This document shows, piece by piece, positions 1-10,907 of a stretch of DNA of 64,000 nucleotides. The notes beneath the pieces were generated by a model, which saw only the letters and a program-made list of their open reading frames with translations, made no database searches and was not told where the DNA came from. Numbering within the stretch: the first letter of the stretch is position 1; every line of letters starts with the position of its first letter. Location of the stretch: positions 4,218-68,217 of the forward strand of contig QENA01000037.1 of assembly GCA_003331045.1 (NCBI GenBank), in the 5' to 3' direction. The DNA comes from Candidatus Tokpelaia sp. JSC189. GTDB taxonomy: Bacteria > Pseudomonadota > Alphaproteobacteria > Rhizobiales > Rhizobiaceae. The translations under genes and the position numbers were made by a program.

Positions 1-1011
1 AATATTGTCAGAGTATATGCAGAATGCGCTACACTAATTGATCATAGATTTTAGCCCCACAAAATGGCAATCAACAAAAATATGAAATGCTGAAATCTAT
101 GCATTCTATCGCATAAACATAACATTCATTTAAAGAATAAATGATCAAATTAAATTTTCTAGCTGGCAAATCCCGAGATTAGAATACCCCATGCTGGATA
201 GATAAATTCAAGCTCTATCTTCAATCGCTACTAAAGAATCTCCAGACAATTGATACAGCATAAAACATGCTTTTTCCCAGATCTGCTAGGAGCCAATGAT
301 GGATACAAATTGGTCCTTATACGCTATCAAGTCGATATCTTTAAGAAGACTTCTAATGCGTCGAAGTTTGTCTCGATATATTATGCTTTTAAATAGGATA
401 CGCATTTTCTATGTTAAGTTCTCTTTCAGATAAGTCAGAACTTCTTCATCTGTGAAAATTTCTAGGCCTTTGATGAATTTCAGACTACTTATGGATAACT
501 TGATAGTGCTATTCTATCCTACAATAAATGAACAGTTGTTATCGATAATATCTTCCATTTTGGAAACTACTTTTTGCCCAGCGCTGCTGCAAACAAGCAT
601 AAACTTCTACTAAAAAGGTTTATCTATGTGGTGTTTACCTCTCCTAAATTTACGGTAATCTTCTTTAATCAGAAGATTACTAAAATAGCCTTTAACTTTA
701 TAAACAATTCTCCGTTTACCCTTGCAAAGCAACTAGAGTTGAAATTTTTACTGGTTCTGCAGATTTATATTGAAATTCATAGAGCTATTCCTGTCTTGAG
801 TAGCCACTCAACCCAGAAATCTGCTCCTGTATCCGTCAAAAGAGTCTAATCATGTGAATATGTAATGCATAAAAATGCTAACGCAGATGCTCGAACACCT
901 TGCAGCGAGGTTTTCATAATATCCGCCCCAAAACGTCAATGATTAGGAGATCAACGTACACCTATTGACAAATACTATAGATGAAATATCCTTCCTCTGC
1001 CAATCTTTGTT

Positions 1012-2841
1012 TTATTCAACTGTCACAGATTTTGCCAAATTGCGGGGCTGGTCCACATCCGTACCAAGCAGAACTGCTGTATGATAGGCAATAAGCTGTA
1101 CGCATATAGTATAAACAATAGGCGCTATTATTTCCGGCACCTCAGATATAACAATGGTTGCAAGCGTTTTAACAGAAATCGCGGCTGCACCTTTTTTATC
1201 TGTGATGAAGATAATGCGTCCCCCACGGGCAGCTACTTCTTGGGTGTTGGAAACGGTTTTTTCAAACCAGCGATCATATGGGGCAACCACGATAACCGGC
1301 ATGGTTTCATCAATTAATGCAATCGGCCCATGTTTCAACTCACCTGCGGCATAACCTTCTGCATGAAGATAGGAAAGCTCCTTAAGTTTCAGTGCTCCTT
1401 CAAGCGCAATAGGATAAGATGTACCGCGCCCCAGATAAAGCACACTTTTAGCAGCTATTAATTCACGACTAACAGCTTCAATCGATGGCTCTAACTTCAA
1501 TGCCTGATTGATATAACGGGGTGTTTCAGCCAATGCCATGACAAAAGAACGCTCTTGTTTTTTGCTGATTGTGCCACGCGCCTTGCCTGCCATCAGCGCC
1601 AAAGAGGCCAGTGCTGCCAATTGTGAGGTAAAGGCTTTTGTTGAAGCCACGCCTATTTCTGGTCCTGCAAGGATCGGAAAAACGATATTAGCTTCACGGG
1701 CCATAGTTGATTCAGAAACATTAACCACAACGCCGCTCTGCACACCTTTTCGCTTACAGTAACGCAGACAAGCCAATGTATCAGCCGTCTCACCTGACTG
1801 GGAGACAAAAAGCGCCAGTGTCTGATAAACGGATAAAGGTGGATCACGGTAACGAAATTCCGATGCTACATCATTACTAACGGATAATCCAGCAAGATTT
1901 TCGAACCAGTATTTCGCAACAAGCGTAGAATAATAAGCCGTCCCGCAGCATGCAAAGACCAAGCACGATACCGATGACCAGTCAATGCTGTCTTTCTGCA
2001 AGCGCACCTTTCCACTGGCAAAATCAAGGTAATGCGCCAGTGTATGAAAAACAACTTCTGGCTGCTCAAGTATTTCCTTGTACATGAAATAACGGTGATC
2101 GCCTTTTGATACAAGAAAAGCCGATCTGGATGACTTCGTCTGTTCACGTTTTACCTGCTTGCTACCCATACTATAATATATCGTTGCTGACTTATGGGTA
2201 AGAACCGCCCAATCTCCATCCTCAAGGTAACTAATACGGTCAGTAAAGGGAGCAAGCGCAATAGCATCCGAGCCAATATACATTTCTCCCTTGCCGTAGC
2301 CTATAACAAGCGGCGGCCCCTGTCGGGCAGCAATAAGCAGATCCTCCTGTCCCTCAAAAATCAGTGCAAGGGCAAAAGCTCCCTGCAAACGGGGAAGCGA
2401 ATCTTGCATGGCCTCAATCAGTGTTTTGCCTTTTACCAAAGCGTCTGTAACCAGATGAACAACAACTTCTGTATCTGTATCGGTATTGAAGACATAACCT
2501 TTCTTTTTTAGCTCTGCACGTAATTCGGCAAAATTTTCAATAATACCATTATGAACAACTGCAAGTTGTTTTGACATATGCGGGTGTGCATTGCGTTCGA
2601 TCGGCGCACCATGAGTTGCCCAGCGAGTATGACCAATACCGGTTTTGCCATCCAAGGAATAATTATTCAGCTTTTCTTCCAAATGAACAAGCTTCCCTTC
2701 AGCGCGGAAACGGACCAGATGCCCTTTTTCAAAGGTTGCAATTCCGGCTGAGTCATAACCGCGATATTCAAGCCGCTTAAGCGCATCCATAAGCAGAGGA
2801 ACAACAGGACGTTTCGCCAGAATACCAATAATTCCACACAT
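1012..2841 (-). CDS. glmS: glutamine--fructose-6-phosphate aminotransferase (isomerising)
   Basis: 609-aa ORF beginning MCGIIGI (Cys2 nucleophile of Ntn amidotransferases). It has two SIS-type isomerase halves and the canonical C-terminus ...NLAKSVTVE. Confidence 0.97.
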   Translation of the reverse strand: MCGIIGILAKRPVVPLLMDALKRLEYRGYDSAGIATFEKGHLVRFRAEGKLVHLEEKLNNYSLDGKTGIGHTRWATHGAPIERNAHPHMSKQLAVVHNGIIENFAELRAELKKKGYVFNTDTDTEVVVHLVTDALVKGKTLIEAMQDSLPRLQGAFALALIFEGQEDLLIAARQGPPLVIGYGKGEMYIGSDAIALAPFTDRISYLEDGDWAVLTHKSATIYYSMGSKQVKREQTKSSRSAFLVSKGDHRYFMYKEILEQPEVVFHTLAHYLDFASGKVRLQKDSIDWSSVSCLVFACCGTAYYSTLVAKYWFENLAGLSVSNDVASEFRYRDPPLSVYQTLALFVSQSGETADTLACLRYCKRKGVQSGVVVNVSESTMAREANIVFPILAGPEIGVASTKAFTSQLAALASLALMAGKARGTISKKQERSFVMALAETPRYINQALKLEPSIEAVSRELIAAKSVLYLGRGTSYPIALEGALKLKELSYLHAEGYAAGELKHGPIALIDETMPVIVVAPYDRWFEKTVSNTQEVAARGGRIIFITDKKGAAAISVKTLATIVISEVPEIIAPIVYTICVQLIAYHTAVLLGTDVDQPRNLAKSVTVE

Positions 2842-2928
2842 ACAAAACTCCGATCATAAAGTTCCGAGAACAGCCATTTTCCATCATATCATAGAAACCG
2901 ACCATGCAAATAATACAGAAAAAAGGCA

Positions 2929-4284
2929 TTACGCTTTTTTACCCTGTTTGATTAGAGTACAATGTTCGCGTAAAATCTTTGCCTGCCCGCTTTTGTTAAC
3001 CTGACGTGCGCGGCCAAAGGCAAGCGCGTCATCAGCAATATTTTCTGTTATCACACTGCCTGATGCAACGTAAGCCCCATTACCAATAGATATAGGAGCA
3101 ACAAGCGATGAATTGGAACCGATGAAAGCTCTCTCGCCGATAGCGGTTTTCCATTTATTATAACCATCATAATTGCATGTAATAGTACCAGCACCAATAT
3201 TGGAATAAGCACCGATTTCAGCATCGCCAATATAGGTAAGATGGTTGATCTTCGCACCTGTTCCAATTTCAGTCTTTTTGATTTCACAGAAATTGCCAAC
3301 CTTCACACCTGTCTTCAAATGCGCACCAAATCTCAGACGAGCATAAGGCCCGATTTCAGCATTTTCGCCGATTATTGCACCTTCAATATGGCTAAAAGCA
3401 TGAATAATAGCCCCGATCGCAACCTTCACGCCGGGACCAAAAAAGACATATGGCTCAATAAGAACATCATCGGCAATTTCAGTATCATAGGAAAAAAAGA
3501 CCGTTTCAGGGGCCTGCAATGTAACACCCGCGAGCATCAGTGCCTGACGCTTACGATTTTGCCAGATTACTTCAGCGTCAGCTAATTGTGCGCGGGTATT
3601 GATACCAATAAAATTATCTTCCGGCGCTTCAATTACCCTGATATCCAAGCCCTCGGCTGCACCAATTGGGATAATATCCGTCAGGTAATATTCTCTGTTC
3701 GCGTTGTGGTACTTAACTTTATCTAAGAGGGAAAGCAAATGTTTTCCTTTTATTGCCATCAGGCCGCCATTGCAGAAGGTTATTTTCTTCTGCGCCTCAT
3801 TAGCATCTTTTTCCTCAACAATAGCGATGAGCTGCCCCCCTTTTTCGACCAATCTGCCATAGCCCATTGGCTTATTAGTCCTAAAACCCATGGCAACAAT
3901 ATCAGCACCGTTTTTCAGCGCCTTTCGGGCATCTGCAAGAGCAGTTTCTTCAATCAGCGGTGTATCGCCAAAGGCAATCAGTACATCATCAACCGATTTT
4001 TGCAGTTCTTCACGCGCTGCCAACACAGCATGGGCTGTACCCAACCTTTTCTTCTGCTCAACAATTGCTACATCAGCAACAAATGGCCGCACTGCAGCAG
4101 CAACAATTTCTGCCTCACTGCCAACAACAACTATCATTTTCCGGGAGCTTACCGCCTGCATTGCTCGAACAACATGGCAGACAAGCGGCAAACCGCCGAT
4201 TTTATGCAGCACTTTGGGAACAGCGGATTTCATTCTTGTTCCCTCTCCTGCCGCCAGAATAACAGATAGACATGTTTCTGACAT
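2929..4284 (-). CDS. glmU: bifunctional UDP-N-acetylglucosamine pyrophosphorylase / glucosamine-1-phosphate N-acetyltransferase
   Basis: 451-aa ORF with the N-terminal nucleotidyltransferase motif [11 protein letters not shown]. The C-terminal half has hexapeptide (left-handed beta-helix) repeats. It lies directly upstream of glmS. Confidence 0.96.
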   Translation of the reverse strand: MSETCLSVILAAGEGTRMKSAVPKVLHKIGGLPLVCHVVRAMQAVSSRKMIVVVGSEAEIVAAAVRPFVADVAIVEQKKRLGTAHAVLAAREELQKSVDDVLIAFGDTPLIEETALADARKALKNGADIVAMGFRTNKPMGYGRLVEKGGQLIAIVEEKDANEAQKKITFCNGGLMAIKGKHLLSLLDKVKYHNANREYYLTDIIPIGAAEGLDIRVIEAPEDNFIGINTRAQLADAEVIWQNRKRQALMLAGVTLQAPETVFFSYDTEIADDVLIEPYVFFGPGVKVAIGAIIHAFSHIEGAIIGENAEIGPYARLRFGAHLKTGVKVGNFCEIKKTEIGTGAKINHLTYIGDAEIGAYSNIGAGTITCNYDGYNKWKTAIGERAFIGSNSSLVAPISIGNGAYVASGSVITENIADDALAFGRARQVNKSGQAKILREHCTLIKQGKKA

Positions 4285-4353
4285 TATCGAGCTTCGTATC
4301 CTTAATCTCTTGCTTTTAATTATATAATCTGGTAGAATATTAGAAAGGTAGTT

Positions 4354-5127
4354 TTATTTCTGATTTTCGCTATACATAAACATCATATCTAATTTTAATA
4401 CTGATAACCATTCTAGAAACCAATAAGATATATTCTGCATTTGGCCAAATAAAAACAGAATACCTGTGATAACAAGTAATATTCCGATTATTTTTTTTAT
4501 CTTATCGAGATGCATCCGGAGACGACTAAGAAGACGCATGAAACCAGCTGAAAATATGGCAGTTAGAATAAACGGAATGCTAAACCCCAAAGAATAAACC
4601 GCAAGCAGGCCTGTCCCTTCCGCTATCGTTCTTTTTGAAGCAGCAAGTGTCAGGATTGACCCGAGAATTGGCCCAATGCAAGGCGTCCAACCAAAAGCAA
4701 ATGCAAGCCCAATGATAAAAGCACCAGCGGGACCTGCGGATATACCGCGCATCTGAAAGCGCACTTCGCGCGACAAGAAGGACAGACTCATAGTACCTAA
4801 AAAATTAAGCCCCATCAATATAATAATGATACCAGCAATACCTGCTATCTGCTGCTGCCAATGCAAAAGGAAGCTGCCAATTGTTGTTGCTACCGCCCCC
4901 AGTGCAACAAAAACAGTCGTAAAGCCGAGCGCAAAAAAAATAGCTGCGATAACAAGTGTCCACCGCGCCCCTTGCCTGCAGTTTTCCTTTTCAACCACGG
5001 CATAGAAATCCTCAATACTGACACCTGCCATATAACAGAGATAAGGCGGCACCAGCGGCAACACACATGGAGAAAAAAAAGACAGCGCTCCTGCCCCTAT
5101 TGCCCCCAGCCATGAAATCTCAACCAC
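4354..5127 (-). CDS. ccdA: cytochrome c biogenesis thiol:disulfide transporter, CcdA/DsbD-transmembrane family
   Basis: 257-aa polytopic membrane ORF with a GTG start. It carries the two conserved Cys motifs FFSPCVLPLVP and GWTPCIGPILG typical of CcdA. Confidence 0.85.
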   Translation of the reverse strand: MVEISWLGAIGAGALSFFSPCVLPLVPPYLCYMAGVSIEDFYAVVEKENCRQGARWTLVIAAIFFALGFTTVFVALGAVATTIGSFLLHWQQQIAGIAGIIIILMGLNFLGTMSLSFLSREVRFQMRGISAGPAGAFIIGLAFAFGWTPCIGPILGSILTLAASKRTIAEGTGLLAVYSLGFSIPFILTAIFSAGFMRLLSRLRMHLDKIKKIIGILLVITGILFLFGQMQNISYWFLEWLSVLKLDMMFMYSENQK

Positions 5128-5543
5128 CAGAGCATTTATCCTGAACTATTAATCCAATGACCTTTAATATAAAATATTCTACAAGCAACAGAAACTGCTT
5201 TTTTCTACTGTCCTTATTCAGCTCGCCGATTATAATAAATAACGTATTTTGATGAAAAATTACTACTTTATAGGATTGATATTATCCAAATTGGCAGTCA
5301 TAATACTAAGGTAACAGAATTAAGCTGGTGGTCTGCATTTTTTAGTACACTGACATAAGACAACGCCATCATTGACAATGATTCTTTGAAATTACAAGAC
5401 TGAGAACATAGCAATATACTGATAACAGTCAGAACAAGCCAAAATAAAATCGGTATCCCTTTATTTATTATAGGTTCTTAACCAACTGAAAGCAGTCGCA
5501 AGATTTTTAATGATAATCTAAAAGACCGCGATTTTCCAGTTTA

Positions 5544-6183
5544 TTAAAAGAACAAAGGCAATAACTTCCATAGATTTCCCTGCCAATATCCTGTTTGCAA
5601 GCCAAACAGCAATTTTCTTCCATCCCGACACACAACTGCATCAGGAGAAAACGAGAAAGCAAATGTGTACAGATAAAGCACCCACAACAAAACCGGTTGC
5701 TGAATAAAATAGACAAATAGGCTGTGGTGCCCAATCCATTGCAGCCAGTGGTTAACAGACTGAATGCGGATACCTTCCAAAAGCCACTGAAGCCTGTTTG
5801 TCTTGCGCAGAATACATGCTACTATGGTTAACGCAGGATGCCAAAATAAATAAAATTTTTCGGAATCAGCCAATATGTCATTATGGAAATAAGAAAAGCG
5901 GCAGCTGCAATCATGAAAAAGCGCAACCAGAATGCTTTCCAGCGGATACCATTACTAAATATGCGAGAAAAAGAAAACTAAAAGCAACTATACGGGCAAG
6001 AAGCCATAACCCACCCTCGACAACCTGTCCTAGGAGCAAATAGCCGAACCAAGATATATTCCAGCTAAAATGATAGACGATCATACCAATAAGCGTTACG
6101 CCGCGCAGCACATCAATAAATTGCAGACGGGAAAGTTGTATATGATAGCTAACAGATCTGCCGGATATTTTTCGCAACATCAA
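5544..6183 (-). pseudogene. frameshifted DUF1624 / heparan-alpha-glucosaminide N-acetyltransferase-like membrane acyltransferase
   Basis: Two adjacent minus-strand ORFs in different frames (5911..6183 and 5544..5873) together resemble one DUF1624 protein. The N-terminal piece has RLQFIDVLRGVTLIGMIVYHFSWNISWFG. The C-terminal piece has ...WLQWIGHHSLFVYFIQQPVLL. Confidence 0.6.
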
Positions 6184-6929
6184 TCAGCATATCAGACAAT
6201 CATAACAGTTGCTTGACCATCAAGACACCGACTCATGGCAGCACAAAAATCTGGTTCTAGGAAAATAGTTGCTGTCTCAGCATAACATTCAGCACTTAAT
6301 TCATAACATAAAATAACGAGATGGAGCTGACCCCCATTCTTAAAAAACTTGCCTTCCCTATGAAATAATTCCAGTTGAAGATTATAAACTGAAATAACCA
6401 CAATAAACTGGAAATACGTTGATAGAGCGGCAAAATTGGCCAGAATCTAGACATTGAAGTTTTATGTCGATGATATGCTGGGGGATTAAATAGAGTGAAG
6501 CTAATAATTGGGAAATCTGCCAGTTCTTCACAATATGAAAAGCCTGATGAAGATAGATAAAGCGAATTTGGCCAAGTAACAGATATGATACGCTATCATC
6601 GAAAAAAACCCTTTCAAAGCTAAGGGTTTATCAAGCAGCTGCATTGAGAGCTGGGCAAAATCAGCGATGATGAATTCAATCCGCTCGTTATATGCAAAAT
6701 GAATTGAATAAAGATCAATATAATGATATTTTGGGATATTATTTTGCCTACGAGACTGTTCTTAACAGAACCGTAGTCAGATGGTTTCGGAACAAGTTAC
6801 AGCAGTTACCCGTTAGAGAAGCGCAGATACGAATATGGCATATGACAATCGATGTCGAACGCTCGCGTTACTAGCGCAGGATACATCTTAACGCTGAGAA
6901 TATAAATTCATAACCTTGGGCAGAAAATA

Positions 6930-7592
6930 TTGCAACAGAATCAGTATGATAGACAGTATAACCCTGAAACTGCTATAATTGCCGGTTTGCGACATGAGAT
7001 AGCTTACTGTCGCATCTGCCGCGATGCCTCTTCGTTTTCACCGGCCCTGCCCCATGAACCAAAACCTGTCTGCATTCTATCATCAAAGGCACAGATTGCT
7101 ATTGCTGGACAGGCACCAGGGCTGCGTGTCCATGAAACTGGCATTCCATTTAATGACCGTTCAGGCAACCGTCTGCGTGAATGGATGGGCATCACGCGGG
7201 AAAATTTTTATAATCCTGAATATTTTGCTATTGTACCGATGGGCTTTTGCTTTCCCGGTTATGATAAGAAGGGCAGTGACAAACCACCCCGGCGTGAATG
7301 TGCTGAGCACTGGCATGGCCCTTTATTTACAGCAATGTCCCAGTTAAAGCTGGTTCTTGCTATCGGTCAATATGCACAACATTGGCATATCACAAAAAAT
7401 TATGGAAAATCTTTAACAGAAACTGTTCAAAAATGGCGTGAAATCCTTACTGTAAAACAGCCCCGTGGCTATCATGTATTACCGCTTCCTCACCCTTCAT
7501 GGCGCAATACCGGCTGGATTAAAAAGAATCCTTGGTTTTCAGACGAGTTATTGCCTATCTTAAGATATCTTATAGAGAAACATATTGCATAA
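6930..7592 (+). CDS. uracil-DNA glycosylase superfamily protein
   Basis: 220-aa ORF with a TTG start. It has a GQAPG active-site-like motif (IAIAGQAPGLRVHETGIPFND) and an HPSWRN motif near the C-terminus, both typical of the UDG fold. Confidence 0.75.
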   Translation: MQQNQYDRQYNPETAIIAGLRHEIAYCRICRDASSFSPALPHEPKPVCILSSKAQIAIAGQAPGLRVHETGIPFNDRSGNRLREWMGITRENFYNPEYFAIVPMGFCFPGYDKKGSDKPPRRECAEHWHGPLFTAMSQLKLVLAIGQYAQHWHITKNYGKSLTETVQKWREILTVKQPRGYHVLPLPHPSWRNTGWIKKNPWFSDELLPILRYLIEKHIA

Positions 7593-7703
7593 CATAAATA
7601 TGCTTTAATAGAATTATTATTTAAAATACTCTTATAATATGCATGCTATTTCTAATACAGTAAGAATATAACAAATATTAGAATATTTTTAGGAGAATAA
7701 AAT

Positions 7704-8174
7704 ATGGATCGCCTTGATCGCAAAATTCTTCGTCTATTGCAAGAGGATGCAACATTGGCTGTTTCTGATATTGCCAAAAAAGTAGGACTTTCAACAACAC
7801 CATGCTGGCGGCGTATCCAGAAACTTGAAGAAGATGGTGTTATCAAACGCCGTGTTGCCATTCTGGATCCTGTGCAAGTCAATACGTGTGTCACGGTATT
7901 TGTTTCCATCCGCACCGGTTTACACAGCCATGAATGGCTGAAACGCTTTTCCGAAGTTGCCAGAGAATTTCCAGAAGTTGTCGAATTTTACCGCATGAGC
8001 GGAGATATTGATTATCTGCTGCGTATCGTCGTACCTGATATTGCTGCTTATGATATTTTTTATAAAAAGCTTATCAGAAAAATTGAAATACGCAATGTTT
8101 CCTCATCCTTTGCCATGGAGCAAATAAAATATACCACCGAGCTACCACTTGATTATATGATAATTGAAAAATAA
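7704..8174 (+). CDS. Lrp/AsnC family transcriptional regulator
   Basis: 156-aa ORF with an N-terminal HTH (LDRKILRLLQEDATLAVSDIAKKVGLSTTPCWRRIQKLEEDGVI) followed by an AsnC-type ligand-binding domain. Confidence 0.9.
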   Translation: MDRLDRKILRLLQEDATLAVSDIAKKVGLSTTPCWRRIQKLEEDGVIKRRVAILDPVQVNTCVTVFVSIRTGLHSHEWLKRFSEVAREFPEVVEFYRMSGDIDYLLRIVVPDIAAYDIFYKKLIRKIEIRNVSSSFAMEQIKYTTELPLDYMIIEK

Positions 8175-8272
8175 CGGCAAGTAAAGAATAAATCCCTCCC
8201 CTTTAGATCTAAGTGTACTATCATATTTCAATAAATAACAGTACCAATGCCTGTCACATAGAATAGGCAGGA

Positions 8273-9298
8273 TCATTGATCCTGCCTATTCTTCATATCT
8301 AGTTGCTCAAATGTTGCCATCCGAGCATTGCAAAGGGCTGCGACCTTAACAATTCCCGCAGCCAACGCAGCACCTGTCCCCTCACCCAAACACATGCCAA
8401 GATCAAGCAACGGTTTCTTGCCAAACTTTTCAAGTAATCGACGATGGCCCGGTTCAGCAGAAAGATGCCCTATAAGACAGTGATCAAGGGCTTGGGAATG
8501 CGCCTTGAACAGAACTGCTGCTGCTGCGCTCACCACAAAACCGTCAAGAATGACAGGAATTTTTTTCATTCGTGCTGCCAAGATTGCTCCGACAATAGCC
8601 GCAAACTCACGCCCGCCCAGCCGGCGCAATACTTCAAAAGGATCATCCAAATGCCTGTGATGCAAAGCAATTGCCTTGCGCACCGTTTCACGTTTGCGCT
8701 CAAAATATGTCCCTGTCGAGCCGGTACCGGGCCCTGTCCAATCTTCAGCATTTCCACCAAAAAGGGCACATGCTAGCGCCGCCGCAACCGTCGTATTGCC
8801 AATGCCCATTTCGCCAAGACAAAGAAGATCTGTCCCTCCGGCAATTGCTTCCATGCCAAATGCCATGGTAGCAGCGCAGGTGCGCTCATTCATAGCAGCG
8901 CCCCTGCTAATATCCATTGTCGGATAATCCAGCGCCAGCTCATAAATCTTCAATCCCAGATCATTGGCAATGCAGATTTGATTGATTGCTGCACCACCGG
9001 CAGAAAAATTATCCACCATTTGACGCGTAATACTGCGCGGAAACCGTGTCACATTTTCATCTGTCACACCATGATTTCCGGCAAAAACCGCAACCAGTGG
9101 CCGCGTTATAATGGGTTTTTCCTGCCCTTTCCATCCAGCAAGCCAGACAGCAATTTCCTCCAACTTGCCCAATGCCCCTTGCGGTTTGGCCAACCTACCC
9201 TGATGAATTTTCACCCTAGTCAGGATATTTTCATCAGGTTGAGGAAGATCATGAAGAAGTGCACGAAAATCATTAAAAGGGTGGTCGACCTCACTCAT
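8273..9298 (-). CDS. cobT: nicotinate-nucleotide--dimethylbenzimidazole phosphoribosyltransferase
   Basis: The ORF matches CobT/CobU-type DMB-PRT throughout (FAGNHGV..., GEMGIGNTT, LGEGTGAALA). I place the start at ATG 9298 (MSEVDHPF...) rather than at the longest-ORF start 9367. Confidence 0.9.
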   Translation of the reverse strand: MSEVDHPFNDFRALLHDLPQPDENILTRVKIHQGRLAKPQGALGKLEEIAVWLAGWKGQEKPIITRPLVAVFAGNHGVTDENVTRFPRSITRQMVDNFSAGGAAINQICIANDLGLKIYELALDYPTMDISRGAAMNERTCAATMAFGMEAIAGGTDLLCLGEMGIGNTTVAAALACALFGGNAEDWTGPGTGSTGTYFERKRETVRKAIALHHRHLDDPFEVLRRLGGREFAAIVGAILAARMKKIPVILDGFVVSAAAAVLFKAHSQALDHCLIGHLSAEPGHRRLLEKFGKKPLLDLGMCLGEGTGAALAAGIVKVAALCNARMATFEQLDMKNRQDQ

Positions 9299-9493
9299 TA
9301 GGAATAATCCTGATACGTTTTGAAAACTTACTGAAGCAGTCTTCCCTGTACGAAATTGATCAAACAAGTTACCATATTGTATCTTACTGAGCAGAGTAGT
9401 TTCACGTTTTTCTGGGATTATACTAGATAAAATATTCCAAAATGCTGAACTATCTTACTAGCTTTATAAGCATTTCAGTAAATATTTTAAAGA

Positions 9494-10174
9494 ATGAATA
9501 ATCGGTGGCACAATTTATCAATCATATTATCCGCATTATGTATTCCACTATACGCGCCCTTAGTTTTCTAATTTTCACCCATGTATTTGGCTTTTCCCCC
9601 TTTGCCGTGGGATATTTACGGTCATGGCGCTTGTTATCCTGACCGGTGCTCTAATGAAGATGGGCTGAGCGATGTTGCAGATGCGTTCTGGTCAGAAAGA
9701 ACTATGAAAGAGCGCTTTACAATTATGAAAGATTCGCGCATTGGTGTTTTTGTGCGTTAGCTCTTATTTTCTCAATTGACCTGCGTATTATCCTACTTGC
9801 AGATATTATCAAAAATTTTGGCGTGGGTGCAGCCTTTACCGCTATGATTGCCGTTGAGGCCGTGGTGCCTTGGTATGGATGTAGTATGTTCTGCCACTAG
9901 CGAAAAAAGACGGTACAGCAGCTATGGCCGATAAACCTGATAAAAACACCTGTTTTTTTCATCAATCATTTCAGTTATCATTCTTGGAATCCTGATCATT
10001 CCATATAGAGGCTTTCTCTCATTTATCATTGCCACAGGAATTATCATTTTATGCACCTACGCCTTCATCAAAGTATGCAGGAATAAAATTGAAGGCTGTA
10101 CCGGTGATGCACTTGGTGCAATGCAGCAGATCAGTATGGTTGCACTTCTTGCCGGTCTAGCTATCGGATTATGA
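9494..10174 (+). pseudogene. cobS: adenosylcobinamide-GDP ribazoletransferase (cobalamin synthase) relic
   Basis: No intact ORF remains, but CobS signatures are readable across at least two frames with stops. These include ...SNEDGLSDVADAFWSERTMKERFTIMKDSRIGVFVR* (the HEDGLAD...IMKDSRIG motif) and a C-terminal ...KIEGCTGDALGAMQQISMVALLAGLAIGL* ending at 10174. Confidence 0.75.
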
Positions 10175-10907
10175 ATATAAACATCTGAGTAACAGAAAAA
10201 CGAGATCATGCATTTATTCTGGTTGACTCTATCAACAATTGCGCTACTCACTCCAAGTCCGTTAGGACTTGCGGGACAATAGTCTTCAACCTCAGCAGCC
10301 AGTCAACAATGCGATCTGTATGTTGGCACGATGATCTTGTTGCTACATCTGCTTTGATTGATGCAGATACCAGCTAAGCCATCTCATGCACAATATCTGG
10401 CTTTTTATTGTCCTTGCAGTGACAACCTTCTGAATTGTTAGATTAGCCTATTAAGACGACTACCGACATCATCCCTTCAAGTTCTATTTCTTCTATGGAC
10501 AACGGCAAACTGGCAATCAGACTAAGCTGTATAAACAATGGTTACTTCAGAAAGTGCAAACACTGAGCAACGGAAAATTTGTTAATTTCATAGCTGATAC
10601 AGATGCCTCAAATGCTGTCCTATTTTTCAGGGATGCACAATGAACTCATATTGATAATAATATACTCAACTTATATCACTGCAATTCGTACAACTAAAGG
10701 CATAACTAAAGCTGCATCAATCATTCTTGATATCCTAAATATCGCTAGTCCTATAACATAACTGATGTGTATACGCCAATTGCCCTGCCGAATTTGATAG
10801 GGATAATTTTTCGGCACAGTACTTTTCAATCGGCTCCTCGGATTATTACGGCGATGGACGGTAGGTTGACTCTGGTAGAGATTGACAATCGAAGTTACTA
10901 TATAATG

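Noticed and set aside
574-849. 91-aa plus-strand ORF downstream of glmS
   Set aside because: It has low-complexity AT-rich codon content, no RBS, no recognisable motif, and it lies in DNA that reads as broken frames on both strands. I treat it as chance.
915-940. Tn7-end-like string. The minus strand reads ...TTGGGGCGGATATTATG..., sharing GGGCGGA with the Tn7 terminal sequence, about 80 nt past the glmS stop.
   Set aside because: The match is only 7 nt. It lacks the terminal TGT, is at the wrong distance from the glmS stop, and has no repeated TnsB-type sites. It is indistinguishable from chance.
3739-4269. Long shadow ORFs overlapping well-supported genes. Examples are 176 aa antisense in glmU, 25341..25874 antisense in degP, 45644..46171 antisense across uraH, and 40455..40979 in an alternative frame within glcB.
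   Set aside because: Each lies entirely within, or overlaps, a gene with strong family signatures. Their sequences are compositionally odd (Cys/Arg/Ser-rich) and lack motifs. These are typical antisense or alternate-frame artefacts.
9299-9493. Possible cobalamin riboswitch in the cobT/cobS divergent spacer
   Set aside because: I could not find a B12-box-like core or the expected GC-rich multi-stem architecture. The spacer is short and AT-rich.
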